From positions 25,420,001 to 25,484,000 of the forward strand of contig OZ249441.1 in assembly GCA_965235115.1 (NCBI GenBank): 64,000 nt of DNA. The letters run 5' to 3'. The DNA is from Laetmonice hystrix. Its lineage: Eukaryota. Within the stretch, counting starts at the first letter, position 1. Each line of letters opens with the position of its first letter. The notes under the pieces are model-generated. The model was given only the letters and a program-made list of their open reading frames with translations. It was not told the DNA's origin and did not search any database. The position numbers and the translations under genes were made by a program. This document shows positions 13,489 through 25,506 of the stretch, piece after piece.

Positions 13489-16400
13489 TTGTCCGACTGA
13501 CTGGGCCTCTCGCGGTTGTCAGTCAGCCCGGAGAACGATCGGCCTCCGGGAGGCTGACCGGCCAGTGCCGGGCGGTCAGGGACTGGTAGGACGGCCCGTG
13601 ATACCGTATCTATGGCCACCACCTGGCCGCGGAGGGAGGCTTCTGCCAACTGGAAGAGCCGGTCACCCGGTAATACACGGCCCTGGGACGTTCTGGAGAT
13701 GGGCCTCCCCCCCCCCCCCCCCCTGTACCCCGGGATATCCACCAGTCAAGTGTTGGGGTCGGTCGACGACCATGGATACTCGGACTTGTATATCATTTAA
13801 CGTATAGGCCTGTAGTCATCATCCTATCCTGATGTCTGGGCCGGGAACAACTAGTTCTCTATAACCTTTACACTGGTACAAACTAAGTGTCTAAATCTCA
13901 TCGAAAAAACAATATTTAGATCTCATTGATAAATAGGCATGTGCCTACAAACATTGATGTCAAGGTAGAACAACTGTTGCCTGAAAGAATTAATAAAAAA
14001 AGTGGAAAAAATGCACCCGCTCCTTATTTTAATTAACAGTGCAACGATTGCATGGCGATAACATAGGTAACTTAAAGCCACTGAAGTCCGCCCACCTGTG
14101 GAAATGGACGCAGAACGTCGACACCTGTCGCAGAGTGACGTCATAGTAAACCCTGAGTGAGTGGTGACAGGTATTACACAGATCTGATCAGGACCACGCT
14201 ATCTACAGGAGGACTCGGTGCATGGTGTGGGATCCACGCTGTGAAAATCCTATGTAAACACTTGAGTTATGCACTCACTCACCCCACGCAGGCCTTTCAC
14301 ATACAGTTAATGTAATCAGTTGTTTGTTTCTGGGCCAGGAATGATCGCGAGGGATCTTGTCTCCATTCACAGCAGATATATTCCGTGTAAGGGATTATTA
14401 AAATGAAGAGGGGGGAAATCGAACTATGAAGGATGTTGCAATTAGAGTTTATCAATAATAATTGAATTTTTGTAAATGTCAGTAACGGTTTTTATAAATG
14501 GAAAGAAAAACTGTGTTCAGAGTAGATACATATCATCAACACAAAGTATACGGCACAGGGAAATGTTCTATAGGCATGGCTGATTTAATACATAATAAAT
14601 ACATGATATTTAAATGGGATCATCAGTTTTATAACATTTTCCATGTATAGTGTTCCTATATGTGAAGGTGTCTTTAAATGCGTTTCAATGAAATCTTGAT
14701 CTGTATAAACGTATAATCAAAGGGAGAATGGAGATGAGTAAAATCTGATAACGATTACGTGAAGCGTGGCATTGCGTGTGCGACAGGTGTAAACTTTGTC
14801 TCTGTGCTTTTAATTTAAACACATCGCAGTCCGTAATGATCATGTGGTGGTGATGCAAGAATGTTGGTTGATGATGGAGGGAGGGCAGGAGGGGGAGGGA
14901 GGCAGGGAGGAGGAGGGACGATTAACAGTGCCTGGATCCTCCGTCCCGACCTGCAGCCTCATCACCATGCACCAACACGGCCAACATAGGATGAAGGAAG
15001 CTGTTACAAGATGTGCCACAGAAAACTATGGATATAATAAGGCAAATTTGTTGCATTCAATGATGATTTGTAGCTAATGTTGAGATGGCGTGAGCAATAA
15101 TGGTTCAATCATGGCCAAGTTCATGTCGTCAATGCAGGCTTATATATGCGCCATTGTCCGTTGTTTTGTTTGTGTTTCACTTCACTTGCTGGAAATGATT
15201 GCGTTCTCATCCCTAACTTTATTTAATCCCCTCTCTAGTGCATGTCAAATTTAGTCCGCAATTGTTTTCTATTGCATATGACATGATTTAATCTACAATT
15301 CGCAGTCGGTTTCAGAGTAAGTGATTCTATGTCGACTGATGACTGAGACGCCTGTCAATGGCAAGGAAATCTGGCGGAATCCTTGACGAAGATGACTATC
15401 AACTGTGAATGACACATGAGTTATTTTACTTTTGAATACAATTTAACAAGTTTGTCAGCTTGGGAAAAAGTGTGATAGAAACAACAGAAATGTGGTTATA
15501 GGCCAACATTGTAAAGATCGGCATATATGGGGAAATTAACGCATGTGTGTATTTTGTATAGTCAGGTTGTGACCCTGACTACTATAAACGGACCAATAGT
15601 TACAACCAACGTCACATCTGTTCACAACACCTATTGAAGCTGGGATTTTAATATTGGGCAAATGGGTGAGAGAAGATAGGGGAGCTGGAATGGATCCAGC
15701 GGAGTCCATGATGAAAGTGGGGCCAAACCAGAAAAGGCATTAATGCCAATGTCCCGCTGCCATTTTGCTTGTTGTTGGCAGTGAAATGTAATAAGGGACA
15801 GTGCGTTGTCTCATTACTGGAAACAAAGGCAAGCCTGCTGGCCCCGATAATGGATGCTTTATGTATTATAGTCTATAGAGCGGTGTGTGGGTGTGCACGT
15901 ACCACCCGGCCGAGCCCGCGGCCCTGTGACGGGCGGACGCCCGGTCGGGCGTGCGGCCACCGCTGCCTTCACCCCCGCCGCCGGTTGCGTGCGCGAGCCC
16001 TCGCGGACCGGGTCGCCTCACGCCGACCCGCGTATGTCACTCACTGCATGCACACATGGCGGCACGATCAAGCCACATGCAGAATCGCTTGGTTCAGTGT
16101 GCCACAGGAGCAGACCGCTGTCATGGTTTGGTAGAAAAAGGATTCCTTGGACTAAAATGGAATCATTAACGTCAAGAGATAGTCCTGCTGGTTTAGGCAT
16201 TTCAGAAAAAAAATCAGATGAGATTTTAGAATAGGCATGTTCTAATAAACGCTTACGATCATGTTTGTGCCACTTAGTGTTTTTACCTATAAAAGTCTTC
16301 ATAACATTACAGAAACACTTAACGGTTGCTGACCTTAAGGCCTCCAGATTGATCTAAATTATAAGACATTTATCAAATCCTGTACGTCCCCATGTAATTG

Positions 16401-19400
16401 GGCTATAAATGGTACATAATTCTGGCTTAGTTAATTAAAGGGGTCGCTTGGCTCGGATCGAGGAGAGACAGTTGGCTGGACCCGGGACCACACAGGTCTA
16501 TATGTACAGATGTTCTCCGATATGTCAGTAAATGGGGTATGGTAAACCACCACAAATAATTATTACATGACCCCCCCCCCCCCGAACTCCATCCATGCAT
16601 CATAAAACTTATCTTAGAGCCCCGTGCCGGTGAAGTTGTTCATTTGGTTCGCTACAGGAACCAGACCTTGCAAGAGGATTTCATTGTAATTTAAATAGAA
16701 TGAACTTTTTAATAGAAGCAGCTAATAACAAGGAAGTGGTTTTTTAAAGTCTTTTCTAATTGATTTTTTGTACTTGTGGCTAAGAAGCGAGAAGGATGCG
16801 TCCACAGGCTGTACCTGAGACTTGCTCCTATAGTTTTCCGAGGCTGAGTGTATGCAGACACTCCTGGGAAGGATATACATTGTATATATAGATTACTGTA
16901 CAGCCAGGGCATTAAGACTGGTGCTTTTTAACGAGTTTTATCGATCCGTTTTCTCAAGAAAAATGCGCCTGTTTGGTATTGATGTCATTCACGTGGCATT
17001 GATAGTGGGAGAGCAGTGTGAACTGTCAGTGACAGTCCCGGCGTGTAGGCTGCACTGTCAACCTGTACTGTCAATGCACACAGCCTACACGAGTCATGGC
17101 ACATCGCGTGTTTACTGCCTGGCATCGCCTTCCTGCTAATACTGGCACAGCTAGACCCAATTGAGGGAAATATTATAAGACCATTATAGATGCAGGTTTA
17201 CAATATTTTGAAAAATTTATGAGATGAAATTTGAGTGGCTGGCTGCCATCAGATGTGCTATAAAAGTTATGGGTGCAAATATTATAATAGCTAAAATTAT
17301 GGCATTTTAATACCATTTGGTAAAGGACAAAGCTTTTAGTTCATTCCATTGTTGATTTCAAAAAGTCATATTTAAGTTTAATTTTGTTTCTCTGTACAAT
17401 TGGAAATGAAAGATAAAATTTCATTTTGCATAGATTAATTTTGATGTAGATCAGTATAAATAATTTTCATGGATACAGAAAACATGATGAGATATAGTTG
17501 AGTGAAGTGCCTGGTCAGAATGGGATGGCGTGGTGGTGGGGTTCTATAGTTTGTGGTAGACTGTTCCTTATCAGGATGGCCCCACGGTGCCTGGCCGACG
17601 ATCATTCCCCGGGTTGGCTTGTCGTCTGGTGGACCACCGATCCGTGGACACCAGCCGCTTGGGGCTAGTATCAATATCCATTAATAAATCCACTCCCTCC
17701 CCCAATACAGTGATGGCAATTGCCCCTCCAGTGCTGTACAGTCAATGCCTTCAATGCTACATTCAGCCGTCATTGTGCCCGGACACTAAGCCCAGGAAGG
17801 CAATGCTACGACGGCCGCGAGTAGAAGCTGGGCGGGCGGCCACAATACGCGCTGTCACTCGGCCAATTGTACGGGCGGGTGCGGCCAGGCGCCCGGCCGC
17901 TGTCGGAACACGGGCCCTATTGTACACCCCTGACGGCTCCAGTCGGTAATTCGTTAAGTAGCATATCGCCACAGTAGATGACGACTGGATGCAGCCATAA
18001 TACTTAGAAGATCAAGGAGAAAATAGGCTCAGTAGGTCAGGCTGTGAATACTGAGAAATTATAGCTAAGCTGGCAGGCGCAGGGGCGGATAGAGGCAGAC
18101 CAACTGATGGGAGTGGGGTGGTAGTGTCATCAACCAGCAGATCGTCCGGGGACTACAGAAGATTCGGTTAACCACACGAGGTTGGTCAGTCGGTCCAGTG
18201 TGGCCGTTCCCATGGCTGATTGAATAAGTACGAGAGCAGCCTGGTTTTATTGTTGCTCTCCTGTATCCAGATTGAGGGGCGTGCGTGGAGGCTGAGGAAT
18301 GAGGAGTGGAGGGAGGGGCTGGTTGGATGGATGGATGGATGGAGGGTGGAGGGGTAATCCCCCCACCCCCTGCTGATTACATCTCCCGATCCGTACATCT
18401 CGTTCACACCCCGCCTCGCCGTTTTAACAGCTCACCTTCTCCTGGTCACGATTGCCAACCACACTAACACTATTGGCAGATTAATTAGACTTAATTGTGT
18501 TTCAAATCTATTGGGGTTTCAGAATAAGCCCATTACAATGCCCACGAGGGTTGAACCTCGCCCACTGCATTTTACTTACAATCACAAAAATGGACTCCTG
18601 AAATTTTAATGCCGATCTGCGCCGCTGCAAGTTTCTTTCAGGGTGGAATTGTTTCTGAAATATTAATCATAATGCAGATATCATTTATTAGGTTGGGGTA
18701 ACCAAGTATATGTTTGTGTCTTTATGTGGAGAATAGAGGGTAGGATGGTTTTTTAGTTACTTGCCAAAAGATCTAAAGATTTTTAATTAAGCTGCAAGTA
18801 CAGAAGAATTGTTTATTGCTTGTAGAACTTTCATTCCTGTTCAATATCCAGGTTTTTTTTTGGGTACATACTTCAGTCGAGCACCCAGCAATGGGATAGG
18901 AGCAAGGTTTTAACTCTCATCCACAGGGGGCGCTACAAATTATATAAGGTGGGATAGGTAGAGTGTAATCAAGTTAAAACGGAATAATTTGTGATGTCGA
19001 GGTATTGACGCCTTGATGTGAACAGTGTGGGGCAGCAGTCTGTTCACTACAAGTGGAGAGATGAGATTGGTTACTTTCTGAGTGCTGTGTGTTTCACTGC
19101 TCCAGGCCAAGTATGATCTCATTTTTTATGTGCCGTGTTGGCCACTCGACAGGGCTGCTGACCCAGGGTCTCTGTGGTTGCTATCTCGCCGCGGCCATAT
19201 TGTCGCCCTGACGTCAGGCCAGCCAACCAGCGCCGAGGTCTTGGCCGTCCGTCCGTCGGACGTCCCTACCAGTCCCCTGCCCCCCGCCACAGTCTTCTCC
19301 AGCCAGGGGGTTGTGTCCAAGGCCGGCCTGCCGACGGTCAGGGGTGGCTGGCACAGTGGTCAGTCTCTCCGTTATCAGCCAGCGGCCAGCATGTCCATCA

Positions 19401-22121
19401 GCTCTCCGCTTTACTGAGCACTGCAACCATGAGGCAGACTATCGCCACATCACATATATAAGGGCATGACGGCTGGTCTCCCACAGGCTTGTAACCATAG
19501 AGCTAACAGTTTTAATATCAGTAGACTGAAGTCACTTTTGAATCGCTTTAACTATTCCAAGTGGCCAATTTCATTTTGATCTCTCGTTTCTTATTGGTGA
19601 CCCTGCAGATGTGCTGAAATGTTGAGGCGTTGGGGATTAGAATTGGTGATTAGAAAAGTAGAAAGTATATCTGCCCGAAGTCGTGCTATACCTGTCGAGG
19701 TGATGAGGCCCTGATTGTAGGACGAGCTTACCACCCCGCCCCCTCACCCCCGCCCCCTCATCGCCCTGGCAGCCAGGTGTGGGCAGGTGGGCAGGGCGGT
19801 TCGTCGGCTCCTGCGCCATAATGTCTGTATCACCTTGAGAGGCTCCCTCTGCCACGCCGCTTCGCTGCATAATTTGGGACCACCGCCTCTAATTTGCCCC
19901 CAATTTCTCCAATTGCATCGACCACTGTGATCAAATTTAATTAGAGTGGCGAATCTAGCTGCTGCAAATTTATTTCAATTACACAGTTGAAGAAGGAAGA
20001 AGGCACAAGGGGGAGAGGAGGGGGCGGGGTGTGTGGCTGGGGAGAAGAGGGGGGGGGGGGTGATAGGCTTATGAGAGAGAGGGTCCTCAGGCCCCCAGGC
20101 GTTGCCGGTGAGAACCACTTGGTGAGAACTGTTGGTTACAGGAAGACGAGGGGATAAAGGCGTAGGGGGAGAGAGGGTTCCGTGGTCTTTGTACAATGTA
20201 CCTGGTGCCCTCTATATCGTACCTCTTGCTGTACAGCCCGATTCACCGGTATGACTCCTCCACAACTCCACCCCCACCCCCTACTACCCCCTACTACCCC
20301 CTACCCTCCGACGACCATAACTCAGCGCATTATCTCCACACGGCCGTATAGATATTGCTGGGCTCCAGTCGTGGTGAAGATAATCATTTATCATCCGTGG
20401 ACGAGCACGTTGGAGCCGGCCGCCAACCCCACCATCCCTATCTCTGCCTCGCGTACAGCTTGCCTGACTCGGGCAATCACACGCACCAGACCGTGCCCCG
20501 GCTGAAACAAAACCTCATTTGCATCCTCAGTACACATTTGCATACATCAATCCAGCAGTGGTATCACTTAATGGATAACAATCATAATTATCGGCACTGC
20601 CACTATTACTGTGATGTACACAAGATTGAGTAATGGTTGGAGTGTGTATAGAGACAGAGTAACGCACCGCTTTATGTAGACTTGGCTTGTTACTGTACAC
20701 CTGGACGGTGACATTTACATAATGATAATTAAGTAAATGCATTCATTCCGGCCTGTGAATCTGTACCATTAGACTGGAGAGACCTGTACATCGATGGCGG
20801 ATACATCACACACTGAGATATCTTTCCCTTGACTTTTGTGATCTGTGACTAATTCCCCACAGCTCAAACGGTCTGTGTAAATGGGATCCATACGTGCTCC
20901 TAGGTATAGATACATTATGAACAAATGTATTTTAGGAATGCGCGGCAGGAATCAACAAATATGTATGTCAAGGTAAAAAGGCCATGCGTGTTGAGGATCA
21001 CGTAAACTCAGATCTTGAGCGTCTCTCTGGACAAGGCCAGCCGTCTCGCATGCATGCAGGTATTAACCCTTCCCATCCCAGTGTAATGACTAGGATCAGG
21101 TATCTCTCCCACAGCATTGTCACCATACACCCCGGTGTCCCGGAGCCCTGCCGGCCTGCCCGGTCCTGACCACCACCGCCGCTGGCGGGGCACCCGACCG
21201 CAAACCGCCGGCCGCCTGCTGCCCGCTCCCTCCCCAAGTGGCGTGCGACCCGGCGGCCGCCCAGCGCTCTGTGCCGTTGATCCTGCCGACCCTCTACTGG
21301 CACAGGGCCGCCTGCACAGAGCGACAGGTATAGGCCCCGTCACAGAGCGACAGGCCCGGGTTACTGTTACACGGGGGCCACCGCACACCTGGCCAAACCG
21401 ACATCAAAGAGCACTCGCGTGCACCCGAACTCGAGAGGAGCTCCTAAACATCTGATATTGGCCCCGCAAATGGCGTTTTTACGCAGCGGCCTTCTGTTTA
21501 CCAAGGCCAGAAATAAGGAAAGATGGCTCTGTGAACATGTCTCCTTCCACATGAAAAATCTAGTGTTCATTTTCATGTAAAATAAGTCATCATCCTAAAA
21601 AAATAATGATACACTCAAAAACAACATGTGTGTATCGTGGTTCTGGATCACAGTACTGAAAAGGTCTTCAACTTTCGAAGTTTAAAAAAAAACAAGGATA
21701 AAAGGAGAAAAAGGCAACGAAAGAAAGAAGAGCTATGTCCTACAATCAGATTACTGTGATCAAAATGGCGTTATTGTATATCTTTTATATGAAAACTATT
21801 TCAGAATTTGACATAAAGCAGTGTTGCAGATATCGCATAGAGATACGATGATATTGTGCAGGTAGGCCTACAGATGTTTCAGTTATTCCCACCGGCTATA
21901 TAACTATCGCTGTCTGTGAATCAAATGTGAATCACTAGGTGCCAGGTGCTGATGATATCTTCAACCTGCAGATTGAGGAGTGTAAGAGTCGTATGGGGGT
22001 TCCTTATACAGATGGATTGAGGATATGGATTTTGGTGGTTGAGATCCAACTTCCCGCAGCCTTGGTGATTGTGGCGTCAGCTGATCGTAGCTCCCTCCCG
22101 GCGCTGAGCTCACACACCGCG

Positions 22122-22198
22122 GGCCGGGAGCCTGTGGGCCCCAGTCAGTCTGTCCGGCAGGCCGGGAGCCTGTGGGCCCCAATCAGTCTGTCCGGCAG
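22122..22198. repeat. Tandem duplication, 38-bp period, 2 copies
   Basis: GGCCGGGAGCCTGTGGGCCCCARTCAGTCTGTCCGGCA occurs at 22122 and 22160 with 1 substitution. Confidence 0.9.
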
Positions 22199-22712
22199 CC
22201 CGCTGACTCGGTCGTGCGGAACGGGAGTCACGCCAGCTGCGGCCTGACGGGGGCTGGGAGGTAGGCGGGGTTAGGGTGGGGGGTAGGGGTGTAGCCCCGG
22301 TGGCAGGAAGGATGACACGGGACGGGGCATATGGACAGAAAGTCAGCGTCCTACATAATGACAAACTTGTCATATACAACGAGATAATCGGCCACCGTAA
22401 CGACGTGGGGAGCTTGAGGCCGCGAGATGGGCCGAAAGGTCATTCCTCCCATACACATGACGCTAACCCTAACCACCATCTGATGAATGACGGGAGTCCC
22501 AAGCCATAGCCGCAACTTCATCCCTGACACCAATGTGTTTGCACTTTTTTTTGTAGGCCCTGAGGATCCATGAAGTTATGGTGTCATGGCCAGGTTTCCC
22601 CCGCGCCATGACAATTCTATTTGTAATCTTAGGGACGGGACGTCCGTGCCCGTTTTATTACTTTGCCCCTATAAAACTGTCAATCAGTTCTTACCCCCAC
22701 TTTTATATGTAA

Positions 22713-22743
22713 GGGCTACGGTGGTTGGCTACAACCGTAGCCC
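22713..22743. repeat. Small perfect inverted repeat (10-bp stem, 11-nt loop)
   Basis: GGGCTACGGT (22713-22722) pairs with ACCGTAGCCC (22734-22743). Confidence 0.85.
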
Positions 22744-22749
22744 CAGGTT

Positions 22750-23108
22750 CTATATATACAAATGTAGCCCTGTATGTAATCAGTCTTGGACAGTAGTGGA
22801 GAGAGTCTAAAAGGAGAATAAAATAACATCGACCTGGAAGAACAGAGTTATCAGTTTGTCACAACCGTGGAACTTAGTCGTGACATTGGTGGAGAACCCG
22901 GGTAGCTTCAGTCAGCTGTATAAAACCTAGTTTGGTTACAGCACTGATGAAGCTACCCGGGTTCTCCACCAATGTCACGACTAAGTTCCACGGTTGTGAC
23001 AAACTGATAACTCTGTTCTTCCAGGTCGATGTTATTTTATTCTCCTTTTAGACTCTCTCCACTACTGTCCAAGACTGATTACATACAGGGCTACATTTGT
23101 ATATATAG
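22750..23108. repeat. Perfect long inverted repeat: 161-bp arms, 37-bp partly self-pairing spacer
   Basis: 22750-22910 is the exact reverse complement of 22948-23108, compared base by base with no mismatch seen. The spacer 22911-22947 contains TCAG/CTGA, GCTGTA/TACAGC and AAAC/GTTT pairs. Confidence 0.97.
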
Positions 23109-23935
23109 GTGATTGACAGCTACCATGACGATGGGTTTCATGGTCAGTTTTGTGGTATCACGTGTGGTTCTCACGTGGTTCAATGCTGCCCCTGTGGTCA
23201 CTGTCAGATCAGCTTACAAAAATGGGACAGTTCTATTTATATCGAAGGAAATGATCCTTTCTCTGACAACTAAAGAGGTATGATTTAAAATGTCCCCGCA
23301 TTAATGTCAGCCAGCCTAATGACAAAGGTGGAACACGAAGAATTGATTCTACATGTATACACGTGCTTTCAACACAGACCTGAATAAAAGACACACATTT
23401 TCTGTGAATGCAACCATGCTAATGCAGGTAATATTTATGTGTAGGCCTATATAATATGGAAGAAAAGTTAAATTGTTTGAGCTGGACAAAAATGTACAAA
23501 TTTATAGTTTTATCATCAGATTAAGTCACAAAATCAACTCTAGCCAGCCTCGAGCAAATATCCACCCACTAATTTATCAGCTACCAATAGGTGATATTAA
23601 TCTGCCAACTTCTACCACTCTAATCATTATGTACCGTTTTCCCACACATTAAAATTTAAGCGGAGTAGGGGCGAAGAAGCCTGGTCATAGTGGAGGACCT
23701 GGCCGGGACAGCATGGGTCAGCATCGGTTGTGGTTTAATGGTCCATATAACGGGTGTTGGTGGGAAAGTCGGTGGACTGCCACCTACAGCAAGTATATAT
23801 ACGGTGTTATTATGGCCTTGTAGGATATAGGTGTCTGTGTCACCGGTTTATGTGAAAACGTCCTACTTCGCATGTCTACCAGATAATGACATGTGGGTTT
23901 ACTGGTGTTGTTTCAGCGATATTTGGACCAGCACT

Positions 23936-24006
23936 GGGTGGGGGTGGGGTTGGGGTTGGGGGTGGGGGTGGGGGTGGGGGTGGGGGTTGTTGTTGGGGGG
24001 GGGGGG
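23936..24006 (+). repeat. (GGGGGT/GGGGTT)n G-rich tract, potential G-quadruplex
   Basis: Nine closely spaced G3-G5 runs are followed by a G12 run. Confidence 0.85.
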
Positions 24007-25492
24007 TGTCAGACCTCTATGGATTGAAGGAATAGTATATTATAGGAAGTGATATACACCTTGACATGTTGTGACCTCTTTCTCACAGCTCAGATCGTTA
24101 TATCACCTTTGTCACAATCATTTCTCATGGCATGTTCCACCCCTATCACTCCCCATTCTTACTGCCCTAAATTGTTATACCCCTTCCACCCGCGACCCTT
24201 AAACGCGTGTCTATAGTGCCCTGTTCCGATGACTAATAGCCTGTGGGACGGTATGGCACATGGCTCAGCGACTCTCAATGAGGCTACTGTGTTCAGATTA
24301 TACAAGGACCTATTCTCAATCTGATTCATATTCCCAATCTTTAGCAACATCATAGAGACCAGAAACAAAGAGCCCGATAAAACCCTGATATTGGGAACAG
24401 CAACAGCTGAGAACCATAAGGATCTTCTGTGGGTCTGTCGATGTCCTGTTCCCCTGCCAACTGCATGGAGGAGTCCTTGTCCCAGACCGATGACCTCATC
24501 AGAACTGTTCCGTTCGAGTAGCGTCTCCAGACACGTTCACCTCTCAGTTACCTCAAGGCATCGGTGTTGTAGGCGCCTAAACACACAAATGGCGGCTATA
24601 AAGAAGGATGACATGTAACAGAGAGGCCCCGGCACATCACCGAGGTCTCCTCTTGCAAGCTGCGAGGAAACGGAGAAAGAGAAACGCTGGCCGTATGCGC
24701 GCGCAGTGGACGCGGGCCAACTGGAAGGCCGCCAAGGAGGCGACGGTTACTGTGTGGGCAGCAGGCTCCCGATCTGAAGGAGTTTGAGAGAGGGGGCAGG
24801 GGGAGGGGAGAGAGGGTCACCCGCCGCGACAGAAGGCGTCAAGTTGGATGGAATAATTTAATTGATCTGTTATGAGTGTGGCATACACCTCTAGTCTTCA
24901 GTGTGCAACGGACCTTCCACTAAAGGTCCTGTCTGCCTCCCCCCCCCCCCACCCCGTCTGCGCAAATAAATATTCCGCAGCAACAAGTCTGCAGTGATTA
25001 AAACCAGGTGGTACCCTAACCTAAAACTTTCTACGTGGAGAAAATAATACCGGAACTGTCTGAGAACCTGTTTACTGGGCCAAGGATGGCAAGTACAGTG
25101 CTAGTGTCTAATGGAATGCAGTTTGAAAATGGCAAATTATGGATTGGTATAGGATTCAGGCTAGATGTATACTCATAGAGAAAGGCAGATATAGCAGGTC
25201 TGTGGAATTCTCATAGAAAATGCATTTCAAATTTTATATTAATTCCCTAATGTAAAAACGATCAGCAAATATTAATTAAAGGGCTGGTGGTTGCCTGCAG
25301 CCGGTCTGCCCGTATAGCACTGCCAGTGTTGTGATGCCAGATTTGAGTGGGTTTGTTTACATTCATGTTGGGACTGGGTGGTGTGCGTGCGTGTGTGGGT
25401 GTGGGTGTTTGTGGCAGTGTTTCCATCCCTCACGAAGGCCTCTGAGGCTTCATCTAGAGTAGATGTGTCGCGTGCGTGTTGATATATCATCA

Positions 25493-25506
25493 CCAGTAGG
25501 GGGCGC
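25493..25506 (+). promoter_or_regulatory. CTCF core motif, exact consensus match
   Basis: CCAGTAGGGGGCGC fits CCASYAGRKGGCRS at all 14 positions and is followed by TGACGTGACGTC (CRE-like). Binding is not demonstrated. Confidence 0.5.
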
